Of a stretch of 20,000 nt of DNA, positions 1-7,649 are shown in pieces. A program made the position numbers and the translations under genes. Location: the IMG/VR virus record IMGVR_UViG_3300025769_011517, one strand, 5' to 3'. This DNA is from an uncultured virus (IMG/VR IMGVR_UViG_3300025769_011517) (Duplodnaviria; Heunggongvirae; Uroviricota; Caudoviricetes). The notes under the pieces are model-generated. The model saw only the letters and a list, made by a program, of their open reading frames with translations. It ran no database searches and had not been told where the DNA came from. How positions within the stretch are numbered: position 1 is the stretch's first letter; each line of letters begins with the position of its first letter.

Positions 1-612
1 AGATTTAACGTAGAGCAGCTCTGCACGCTTAACGTCCATACCTGTCATCTCTTTAAGAAGAATGCTATAGATCGTAATCTGCATCTTCTTCTCCCACTCG
101 TACTGCTTGCGAGGCTTCTTACCTGTCTTGTAATCCGAGATTACTAGCTTACCGTCCTCAATCGTGTAACGGTCAATGATGCCAAAGATGGGTACGCCAT
201 CAATGTCGCCGTCCATCTTGGCTTCAATACCTTCAGCGTCAAACTTCGTGGGGTCTTCCATCCCGAAGTAGTTTTCGATACACCACCAAGCCTTCCACTT
301 AAATGCATTAGGATCATCTTCACGATCAGCCAAAGCAAAGTACTCATCAGCCCACTTTGACTCCCACAAGCTCTTCGCTAAACGACTCGCAGCCTTTTCT
401 GTCCGCTCTTCCGCAGGAAGCTTAAACAACTCTTCCAACACTTCATGAACAAACGAACCCAGATGCTGCGCTTCAGTAGACTCCGATGGAAGCTTATCTA
501 GTTTTGAAAACTTAAACTTTAACGGACACTGCTGAAACGTGCTGATAGAACTAGGCGACATGTACCTCGGATACTCATAAGGCAACGGACCTAAATCCAA
601 ACTATCCTGCAT
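1..612 (-). CDS. RecB-family / PD-(D/E)XK exonuclease (3' end runs off the window)
   Basis: Not in the ORF track because it is truncated. Manual translation from ATG at 612: MQDSLDLGPLPYEYPRYMSPSSISTFQQCPLKFKF...GSFVHEVLE...GIIDRYTIEDGKLVISDYKTGKKP...QITIY. Shows the SPSS..CP, G..H..LE, GxIDR, DYKTG and QxxxY motifs of the PDDEXK_1 family. Confidence 0.9.
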   Translation of the reverse strand, partial: MQDSLDLGPLPYEYPRYMSPSSISTFQQCPLKFKFSKLDKLPSESTEAQHLGSFVHEVLEELFKLPAEERTEKAASRLAKSLWESKWADEYFALADREDDPNAFKWKAWWCIENYFGMEDPTKFDAEGIEAKMDGDIDGVPIFGIIDRYTIEDGKLVISDYKTGKKPRKQYEWEKKMQITIYSILLKEMTGMDVKRAELLYVKS

Positions 613-1276
613 CAGTGTCAGCCCCTGCCTGCGTTTCGCTGCTCTCAGCATTCATCGACTTAACAAAATCCAACATAGTCTTCAGCAAGTCACGAGTAAT
701 ATTCTCATTCGCAAACTCAGCATTGTTAGAAATCTCTGACCAATGCGCACGACAAGCATCCATAACACTCTGCGACTGACTGTTCAGTACTTCTCGCAAC
801 TTCTCAAAATGCTCCGCTGAAATAGGCTGCTCAGCTACCTCTTGAGCATACTCTAAACTCATTGACTCTTCAGAACGAGCAAGATACAAACCGACACCGA
901 AGTGCTGCGCTGCCTTCTTCAAAGCATCAGACACCGCTCCCTTCATCTCGTCGCCAAGATCAACAATGTCACCATTCTTCGTGCGCTTAATCTTCTGACC
1001 GCCAATACCGTCCTTAACGACAGTTAGCGCAGGCGCATTATCCGTGGGAACAAAAGTAGCAGTGAGTCGGACATGTGCAACAACATAGTCAGGGTCCAAA
1101 GTATCACGGGCACACGAAACAATATGGTAAGACCACATGTCCACACCTAGTACCCGATTTAATCTAGTAATCACCTCACTAACAGGAATATACGTAAGGC
1201 TTGCCCCGCCCTTCTTTAGCTGCTTCTCAACCGAAGGGTCAAAAGGCTCTGATAACGCTGATAACATATTACTCAC
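602..1276 (-). CDS. Rad52/Rad22-family (Sak-like) single-strand annealing protein
   Basis: Motifs LSEPF, LTYI..SEVITRLNRVLG..W, DGIG and KGAVSDALKKAAQHFGVGLYL; adjacent to an exonuclease. Confidence 0.88.
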   Translation of the reverse strand: MSNMLSALSEPFDPSVEKQLKKGGASLTYIPVSEVITRLNRVLGVDMWSYHIVSCARDTLDPDYVVAHVRLTATFVPTDNAPALTVVKDGIGGQKIKRTKNGDIVDLGDEMKGAVSDALKKAAQHFGVGLYLARSEESMSLEYAQEVAEQPISAEHFEKLREVLNSQSQSVMDACRAHWSEISNNAEFANENITRDLLKTMLDFVKSMNAESSETQAGADTDAG

Positions 1277-1791
1277 TTGTCTCTCCTAATAACTAGACTC
1301 TTCTTAGCTTCGCCAACTTCACAGTAATCATCTGCATCCAAATGAAGGTCCTTCAACTTAGAAACCTTCCAATACGAAATACCGGCAAACTCCAACGCCT
1401 CACGAATCATATCCGTGGGAGTCTTCACAATTTCACCGGTACTCATATCGACACTGCTGTCAACAATACGCTTACTTACATCTTCAATCAATGACTTATG
1501 ATCCCATGTCTTACGAGGTGAACCTGCCTTAATCTCAACAGTCGCCCCATCAACTTGAACAGGAACAGGAACATTACCAAGCTGCTCCGTAATCATAGAC
1601 TGAAGCTCATTAAACAACTCAGTCGTGTACGACTTAACCAAATGCATATCACTCGCCAACTGCATCGTCTCTTCAACAGACGCATAATCCAAATTTGAGG
1701 TGTCTTTCATCTCTAGTATGTCACGCTCAACTGAACGAAGCGCCGTATAAACTGACTTCAAAGATGCAGTCGGATTTTCTAATACTGACAT
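1273..1791 (-). CDS. Hypothetical phage protein
   Basis: 172-aa ORF with an AAGGAG RBS and its own promoter; 4-nt overlap with the Sak gene. Confidence 0.8.
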   Translation of the reverse strand: MSVLENPTASLKSVYTALRSVERDILEMKDTSNLDYASVEETMQLASDMHLVKSYTTELFNELQSMITEQLGNVPVPVQVDGATVEIKAGSPRKTWDHKSLIEDVSKRIVDSSVDMSTGEIVKTPTDMIREALEFAGISYWKVSKLKDLHLDADDYCEVGEAKKSLVIRRDK

Positions 1792-1821
1792 TATGTCTCC
1801 TTAATAAATAGTATCAACCAT

Positions 1822-1850
1822 AGACTACCCAAAACAACTGCAGTAGTCAA
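1822..1850 (-). promoter_or_regulatory. Sigma70/SigA-type promoter
   Basis: Minus strand TTGACT-N17-TAGTCT upstream of the 1791 gene. Confidence 0.6.
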
Positions 1851-2239
1851 GCCTCATCATCTAGTAAACGCTTCAACGCAGACTCAAAACTGACCTCATC
1901 AGGATCATTTGAGTACACAAATATAACATCATTCAATATTGCATCAAGCTCCTTAGCCAACAACTTGATCGCCATCTCCCGCACATCCGCAGGCTCATCA
2001 GAATCATAACGTTCTCTTACCGTGGATGCTATCTCAGAAGCAATCGCTTCATCCACATAGTCATCTAAATACTCTTGCGCCACAACAATCTGCATCTCTT
2101 TCTTTTTCCACATTACCAGATCGTAGTCTTTATCATTAATAGCACCACGTGGAGCAGTCAAGAACGTGACCTCAATCTGCCCACGTTTAACAACTGCTAA
2201 CACATCACTGTCAAACTCATCAGCCCAATCATAAATCAT
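1847..2239 (-). CDS. Hypothetical acidic protein
   Basis: 130-aa ORF with an ATGA overlap with whiB. Confidence 0.7.
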   Translation of the reverse strand: MIYDWADEFDSDVLAVVKRGQIEVTFLTAPRGAINDKDYDLVMWKKKEMQIVVAQEYLDDYVDEAIASEIASTVRERYDSDEPADVREMAIKLLAKELDAILNDVIFVYSNDPDEVSFESALKRLLDDEA

Positions 2240-2460
2240 GAATTAACTAACCTGTCCAACTCTGGCCCGGTCTTACCACCCCACACACCAATCGTGATTT
2301 TATTCGTGACTGCAAAATCTAAGCACTTAGCAGAAGCGGTACAACCTGCACAAACCTTAACGGCGCTCTTGCGTTGCGACGGCTTGCTCGAAAAAAACGT
2401 TCGGTCATTACCCCGACACGGCGCACTCTCAAACCACTCAGGGCTAGAAAGTTTAATCAT
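2236..2460 (-). CDS. whiB: WhiB-family Fe-S transcription factor
   Basis: W...APC, C-x2-C-x5-C (CAGCTASAKC) and GVWGG motifs; AAGGAG RBS. Confidence 0.92.
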   Translation of the reverse strand: MIKLSSPEWFESAPCRGNDRTFFSSKPSQRKSAVKVCAGCTASAKCLDFAVTNKITIGVWGGKTGPELDRLVNS

Positions 2461-2538
2461 AAATCTCCTTAATTATAAACAACATACGTGTAATATCATA
2501 CCTGTCACCCGTCAAGGAGACAAGCCAAAACCTACCCC

Positions 2539-2567
2539 TTGACCTGCGCCGTCGAAGCCAGTAGCAT
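2539..2567 (+). promoter_or_regulatory. Sigma70-type promoter facing the ORF-free structured region
   Basis: TTGACC-N17-TAGCAT. Confidence 0.6.
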
Positions 2568-2572
2568 ACTCA

Positions 2573-3000
2573 CAAACTACTACACAAGGAGCACACTGCC
2601 ACAAGACTGCAGCCGGGTAATCCCGATGACATAAACGTTCACTGAAGGACCGGTGGGTTACACTCGTTACGCAACTGGTACTAACACTTAAGAAACAAGA
2701 GGGCACGCCTGCCCAAAGAGGAACGATCTGAATCGCACGATAAACTGGACACACATCCTTGACGAGATGCCAGTCACTGCACGGAGAACATCAAGCCTTG
2801 AGGAACAGGTTCGGAACAAGCAAACGCCCATGCGGTTCCGGCACACGGGCTACTAGAGCCATATCTAGGGAGAGTGGGCATCGCTGAAAAAGATAGGCGG
2901 TGCTTGGGGTCCATGAAGTGAACAGCCTTGAATAAACCAATTGGGTTCGTCCCAGCCTCTCGTGCGTTAGCGTCAACTACCACACGAAAGGGAGGGAAAA
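2573..3000 (+). ncRNA. Candidate large structured non-coding RNA (family not recognised)
   Basis: No credible ORF and an upstream promoter. Long-range stem 2637-2651/2908-2923, plus local hairpins at 2614-2625, 2701-2714, 2744-2774, 2826-2850, 2853-2868, 2876-2905, 2942-2954 and 2956-2995. Confidence 0.5.
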
Positions 3001-3028
3001 CGCTGCCAAAAACGAGTAGGATAAACGC

Positions 3029-3562
3029 ATGTATGAAAACATCAAACTAGAATGGCAACAACACACTTTACAGCCCCTAAAGGGCAAGCCAGTCATGGAA
3101 GTTTTGCTTCGTGGACTTGAGTTTTTAGATGACTACTGGCTGTCTGCAGGAACGTTGCTGGGGCTAGAAAGAGACAACGAGTTCATTCCCCATGACACCG
3201 ATCTAGACATTGCTGTTATGGGTTACTGGGATAAAGCACGACTACCAGAAGAAGAGTTCTTTGCAGGAAGAGTTGTCAGTGATGGCGACAGGCCGATGCA
3301 AGCAGCGTATGTACATAAGGACACAAACATAGTTTTTGACGTGCTTCATTGGTGGCCGCACCCAACAGATACTGAACTTTTAATAAATATTAAAGAAGAC
3401 GGTCATCTAATCAGACCAAAGCACCTAGTCTCTCCCCTATCAACCAAAAATTATTTAGGTCACGAATTTAGCGTGCCTAACGATATTGATGGTTATTTAA
3501 CTGATTGGTATGACACGTGGCGCATCCCTCAAAGAGGAGGCAAGACTAAATGGCTAAAGTAG
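3029..3562 (+). CDS. LicD-family nucleotidyltransferase / phosphotransferase
   Basis: YWLSAGTLLGLERDNEFIPHDTDLDIA motif and C-terminal F.VP.D..GYL..WY..WRIP. Confidence 0.85.
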   Translation: MYENIKLEWQQHTLQPLKGKPVMEVLLRGLEFLDDYWLSAGTLLGLERDNEFIPHDTDLDIAVMGYWDKARLPEEEFFAGRVVSDGDRPMQAAYVHKDTNIVFDVLHWWPHPTDTELLINIKEDGHLIRPKHLVSPLSTKNYLGHEFSVPNDIDGYLTDWYDTWRIPQRGGKTKWLK

Positions 3563-3969
3563 CACTCACTGCAGCAATAATGGACTTGTGTCATGAGGGA
3601 CACATCAAACTTTTAAAGCACATGAAAGCTAGTGCTGATGTTGTAGTTGTAGTTTTACACTCCGACGAATCTTGTTGGAGCATTAAAGGCAAAATACCAA
3701 TCCAAACACTAGATCACAGAAAGAACAACCTAAAAATAACGGGTTTGGTTGACAATGTACTTGTCACCTACACAGATGACCCAAGCGCATCTTTCAAAGA
3801 AGCTTTTGATGCCTATCCAGACCACGAGTTTATTTTCATTCGAGGGAATGACAACTATGATTTCCCAGGAAAAGAAACAATTCTTGAACTAGGAATACCT
3901 ATTGAATTTACGGAGTACACAGCAGGAATTAGCAGCACTCAGATAAGAAATGAACTACTATGCGACTAA
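3550..3969 (+). CDS. Cytidylyltransferase (TagD/HxGH family)
   Basis: DLCHEGHIKLL (HxGH), HSDE, KGK.PIQ...R, RGND and YTAGISSTQIR motifs. Confidence 0.88.
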   Translation: MAKVALTAAIMDLCHEGHIKLLKHMKASADVVVVVLHSDESCWSIKGKIPIQTLDHRKNNLKITGLVDNVLVTYTDDPSASFKEAFDAYPDHEFIFIRGNDNYDFPGKETILELGIPIEFTEYTAGISSTQIRNELLCD

Positions 3970-4292
3970 TATGGTTACTAGCGGCACATCATTTTGCCGA
4001 TGTTGCGCTTCAACCAGACTGGTTGATAAAGTTAAAGTCAAAGCGACTGTTTGCAATTTTTGAACACGTTATGGTATACACAGGAGTTGTATGCGCTACC
4101 CTGTATTGGTTGGGAGATACAGTCACGCCTTGGATATTTGCGTACTTTGCTGTAGGGCACTGGCTAACAGACGCATTCTTCTACCAGTTTCTTCCGTGGA
4201 AAACTGGAAAGCCCAAACCTTACTGGCATGTTTACCCTGACCAAGCACTCCACTATTTACAAATAGTGCTTTATCTTCTGCTAATAGCCTAG
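3960..4292 (+). CDS. DUF3307-like membrane protein
   Basis: AHHFADVALQPDW, H..VY, HWLTD and DQALH pattern; hydrophobic. Confidence 0.7.
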   Translation: MRLIWLLAAHHFADVALQPDWLIKLKSKRLFAIFEHVMVYTGVVCATLYWLGDTVTPWIFAYFAVGHWLTDAFFYQFLPWKTGKPKPYWHVYPDQALHYLQIVLYLLLIA

Positions 4293-4301
4293 ATTTATTT
4301 T

Positions 4302-5024
4302 TTAAGGTACGTCTATAACAAACCCACGACGAACGTCAGACAGGTGACCGTGGGCCGAGTACTTCTCTAGGTCTTCGTGTAGGTTCGGCATGAAAACACC
4401 GCCTGCAGGAATGTCCATGTCTTGCCAAACGGGCGTAATGCGTGTACCGACAGGAAGGTCCTCAAATGGATCATTACCGTGACGTAAATGAATTTCAGTA
4501 ATAAACCCTGACCGAGTTTCGATGTTGATACCGTTGACAGGTAAGTCAACAAGGTTGATAAAATGGGAGCACTCATGAATATCAGAAACATCTGTTTCAG
4601 GTAGTCTTTCCCAATGACTAAACCTAGTCAAGTTCTCGTCGCTTGAATGAAACCCTTCCCATGCTGATACGGTATGCCAGCCACCTTCAGAATCTTTTTG
4701 AAAGTCAATAGAAAGGTGTGGGCCATCTAGCCACTCGCACCAAAAACTACCGGGAGGGACCACGGCATTGTTTAAAAAGTCTTCTTCCATTTGGGAAAGA
4801 TACAAAAACTTCGTTGCACCAATGCCCATACCAAAAAGGTTGTAGACGGGTCGGTGAATGTAAAAGCCTTCATATTGTGGAGCGCAGCCAGCGGGTCCTG
4901 CTTCTAATCCTTGATGTAACGCAACTTCTAACTTATTGAACACCCAACGAACTTCAGGTGCATCTCTGAAACGCTCCCAAGTTGCAAAGTCTTCGTCTTC
5001 TTCAACTGTCAAAAAATCCGTCAT
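4302..5024 (-). CDS. Conserved phage protein, possibly ATP-grasp-like
   Basis: 240-aa ORF with RPVYNLFGMGIGA, FWCEWLDGPHLSIDF and INIE...ITEIHLR.GND motifs, resembling a family seen in aquatic phages. Fold assignment is tentative. Confidence 0.55.
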   Translation of the reverse strand: MTDFLTVEEDEDFATWERFRDAPEVRWVFNKLEVALHQGLEAGPAGCAPQYEGFYIHRPVYNLFGMGIGATKFLYLSQMEEDFLNNAVVPPGSFWCEWLDGPHLSIDFQKDSEGGWHTVSAWEGFHSSDENLTRFSHWERLPETDVSDIHECSHFINLVDLPVNGINIETRSGFITEIHLRHGNDPFEDLPVGTRITPVWQDMDIPAGGVFMPNLHEDLEKYSAHGHLSDVRRGFVIDVP

Positions 5025-5374
5025 GTTGAAATATTCCTTAGTTGTTGTGCATCAAGAAACACTGTCGCTGTACCGTTTACAAGTTCAACTTGGTCTAGCG
5101 GGACCCCAACCTTAGAAGCCAAAGTTGCTTTAATCTTCAGCTCATCCATCGGATCATAATCAACCCAAGGCGCTACATCCGCAAATGGGTCCACGACAGC
5201 AGGGGGTGGCGGAGCAACACAAACTTTACAGCAAAGTCTATCTTCATTAACTTTAGGCTTGCGCTTAGTCTCTACTGTGTGAGAGCACTCAAGCTCAACA
5301 TGCCAAATAGTATTACCGTATTCGCCAAATTTCACGGCGTTAGTGACAGTACGCTTAGGGCCTCGTTTACTCAT
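5021..5374 (-). CDS. Hypothetical protein (possible metal-binding CxH...CxxC)
   Basis: 117-aa ORF with LECSH and CCKVC; TAGAAT lies 6 nt before the ATG. Confidence 0.7.
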   Translation of the reverse strand: MSKRGPKRTVTNAVKFGEYGNTIWHVELECSHTVETKRKPKVNEDRLCCKVCVAPPPPAVVDPFADVAPWVDYDPMDELKIKATLASKVGVPLDQVELVNGTATVFLDAQQLRNIST

Positions 5375-5395
5375 AGGTTTATTCTATCCGCTCAC

Positions 5396-5424
5396 TTGAC
5401 TTCGTTCCACCTAAACCGTAGAAT
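5396..5424 (+). promoter_or_regulatory. recA promoter (leaderless arrangement)
   Basis: TTGACT-N17-TAGAAT; ATG follows after 6 nt with no SD. Confidence 0.7.
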
Positions 5425-5430
5425 ACAAAC

Positions 5431-6405
5431 ATGGATAAAGATAAACTTCTCGAAGATGCTCTAGGACAAATTGAAAAGCAGTTTGGCGCTGGAAGCATCA
5501 TGCGTCTAGGCGACGCTGCTTCAATGCAAATTGAAACGATTTCAACCGGCTCTATCGCTCTTGACTTGGCGCTAGGGGTTGGAGGTGTTCCTCGTGGACG
5601 AGTCACCGAAATCTACGGACCTGAGTCTTCTGGCAAGACAACCATTGCCCTGCATGTGATTGCAGAAGCCCAAAAGAAAGGTGGCAAGTGTGCATTCATT
5701 GATGCGGAGCACGCCCTAGACCCTGTGTATGCTAAAGCAATCGGATGCGACATTGACAATCTTTTGGTTGCACAGCCAGACACAGGTGAGCAAGCCCTGA
5801 CCATTACTAACAAGCTGATTGAATCAGGCGCTCTAGACGTAGTAGTTGTAGACTCAGTTGCTGCGCTCACTCCTCGTGCCGAGATTGAAGGCGAAATGGG
5901 AGACAGCCACGTTGGCCTGCACGCTCGTCTGATGTCGCAGGCGATGCGAAAGATTGTAGCTAACCTTAATCACTCTAAGACAACCCTTATCATGATTAAC
6001 CAGTTGCGTGAAAAAATTGGTGTCATGTTCGGTTCTCCTGAAGTAACCACTGGCGGCAAGGCACTCAAGTTCTATGCGTCAGTTCGGATGGACATTCGTC
6101 GTATCGAAACGCTGAAGGACGGTGGCGAAGCATCTGGCAATAAGACACGAGTCAAGGTTGTCAAGAACAAGTGTGCTCCTCCTTTCCGTCAGGCAGAGTT
6201 TGAAATTGCATACGGTGAAGGAATCAGCCGTACCGGAGACATCGTGGACATTGCTGCTGAGATGGGTATCCTTGACAAGAAGGGCGCATGGTACGCCTAC
6301 AAAGGCGAGAACATTGGACAGGGCCGTGCCAATACCAAAGCTTTCTTGGATGAAAACGAGCAAATCCGAGAGACAATCGCAGATACCATCTACGCAACAA
6401 TTTGA
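5431..6405 (+). CDS. recA: Recombinase A
   Basis: [41 protein letters not shown] and [12 protein letters not shown]. Bacterial-type RecA lacking a long C-terminal tail. Confidence 0.98.
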   Translation: MDKDKLLEDALGQIEKQFGAGSIMRLGDAASMQIETISTGSIALDLALGVGGVPRGRVTEIYGPESSGKTTIALHVIAEAQKKGGKCAFIDAEHALDPVYAKAIGCDIDNLLVAQPDTGEQALTITNKLIESGALDVVVVDSVAALTPRAEIEGEMGDSHVGLHARLMSQAMRKIVANLNHSKTTLIMINQLREKIGVMFGSPEVTTGGKALKFYASVRMDIRRIETLKDGGEASGNKTRVKVVKNKCAPPFRQAEFEIAYGEGISRTGDIVDIAAEMGILDKKGAWYAYKGENIGQGRANTKAFLDENEQIRETIADTIYATI

Positions 6406-6430
6406 CAAACGCTACCATATGTAGTATCCT
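6402..6430 (+). promoter_or_regulatory. Sigma70-type promoter
   Basis: TTGACA-N17-TATCCT, followed by an AGGAGA RBS. Confidence 0.6.
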
Positions 6431-6454
6431 TGCTGAGCAAAGAAGGAGAAGCAT

Positions 6455-6760
6455 ATGGCTTTGAAAAAAAGTAAACAACCTGTCGGCCCTCCTCAAGGAT
6501 GGGTCATTAGCGAAGAGTATCAAATCTCTAGTCAGATCACACTTGGCAAGGGCGATGTGTGCAAGATCAAAGGCGAGCGTGGAACGTTTGTTTTCAAACG
6601 CCACGTTGTAAACACTAACCTAACGCCTGCTAGTGAATGGATTGACCTGTGGGGTGGCTCACATGGCCACGGCCAGTGGAGATCGATTACTCCTGATAGA
6701 CTGAAGCACATTCCTACTAAGCGTCGTAGGGCAAAGAAAAACCCCCAGTCACAATCGTGA
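6455..6760 (+). CDS. Hypothetical basic phage protein
   Basis: 101 aa with its own promoter, RBS and terminator. Confidence 0.8.
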   Translation: MALKKSKQPVGPPQGWVISEEYQISSQITLGKGDVCKIKGERGTFVFKRHVVNTNLTPASEWIDLWGGSHGHGQWRSITPDRLKHIPTKRRRAKKNPQSQS

Positions 6761-6772
6761 CCGGGGGTCTTC
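6741..6772 (+). terminator. Intrinsic terminator hairpin (possibly bidirectional)
   Basis: ACCCCCAGTCAC-aatc-GTGACCGGGGGT, flanked by an A-run and TCTTCTT. Confidence 0.6.
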
Positions 6773-6870
6773 TTGTTAGTGGGTTGACACAAAAGGAGCA
6801 AAAGGCCATCCCCCAACAGTCTTAGTTTACAGTATCGCTTGTAGTTGGATCAAGCGATGCTTAACACAAC

Positions 6871-7068
6871 TTAGACGAGTGAAGCGGATGACTTGTCGCC
6901 AACTTTGGTGGCGGCAAATGACTTCAGTACTGAAAGGGCAGCAGCTAGGCCAGCGGCAGCAGCACCCTTGGCTGATGACATATCCGTAACAACAAACATC
7001 GCAGCGAAAGCCTGAATGAATGTCATAGCAGCACGTTCAGCAACCTGCTTGTACATGTTCATATCCAT
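6871..7068 (-). CDS. Holin, r1t-like family
   Basis: AERAAMTFIQAFAA...AAALSVLKS pattern, two hydrophobic segments, AGGAGA RBS. Confidence 0.7.
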   Translation of the reverse strand: MDMNMYKQVAERAAMTFIQAFAAMFVVTDMSSAKGAAAAGLAAALSVLKSFAATKVGDKSSASLV

Positions 7069-7171
7069 TTACAATTCTCCTTGTTAGGGGATACTTAAAA
7101 GGCTATTTGCCTCTTAAATATTGTACCATACAGTCGTCATGCCCCCAAAAGAACCTTTATAGAAACTTTAG

Positions 7172-7441
7172 TTAACTTTTCTTGGGCTGGGTCATGCTAA
7201 ATGCAGCGTCAATCTCATCGGCAGTGATCTTTCCGTCATCAGCATACGCTGCGGCGAGCTTCTGAATAACAGTCGCAGCAGAGGTAGCACCTGCCAAAAC
7301 GGCAGCCTTCCACGGATCAATACCACCAATAAGACTAGAGCTACCAACAATAGCCATAGCATTCATTGCAAACACCGCCGCAATGCGGCCCAAGGTGTTC
7401 CACACAAGTTGATTAGTTGCTTTCATTTTCTCTCTCATCAT
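7172..7441 (-). CDS. Small membrane protein
   Basis: Two hydrophobic segments followed by ADDGKITADEIDAAF. Confidence 0.7.
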   Translation of the reverse strand: MMREKMKATNQLVWNTLGRIAAVFAMNAMAIVGSSSLIGGIDPWKAAVLAGATSAATVIQKLAAAYADDGKITADEIDAAFSMTQPKKS

Positions 7442-7649
7442 CTACATAGTCTAATACAGTACCCATTAGATGCAGTGCAAGACCCGCAAGAGAAATATAT
7501 ATTCCCTGACGTAACGTGGTCGATGACAAGGTGATCAACACCAACCCTGTACCTGCTAATGTCCATCCGAGGTAAAGCATTTCTCTACCCATACGACGGA
7601 CGGCCCCTACTGCTAGTTTGATTATTTTTTTCATGGTGCCTCCTTTCAC
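7413..7649 (-). CDS. Small two-TM membrane protein (true start may be 7634)
   Basis: WTLAGTGLVLITLS and IYISLAGLALHL; coupled to the upstream large gene. Confidence 0.7.
   Translation of the reverse strand: MKGGTMKKIIKLAVGAVRRMGREMLYLGWTLAGTGLVLITLSSTTLRQGIYISLAGLALHLMGTVLDYVDDERENESN

Noticed and set aside
144..347. 67-aa minus-strand ORF
   Set aside because: Out-of-frame shadow inside the PD-(D/E)XK nuclease gene.
1..612. Cas4 as part of a CRISPR system
   Set aside because: No array or other cas genes; context with Sak indicates a recombination exonuclease.
2803..2813. GAACAGGTTCG as an additional SOS box
   Set aside because: The spacer is 2 nt rather than 4.
2512..2983. Short minus-strand ORFs in the intergenic region
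   Set aside because: No RBS or recognisable motifs and atypical composition; the region is better explained as structured RNA.
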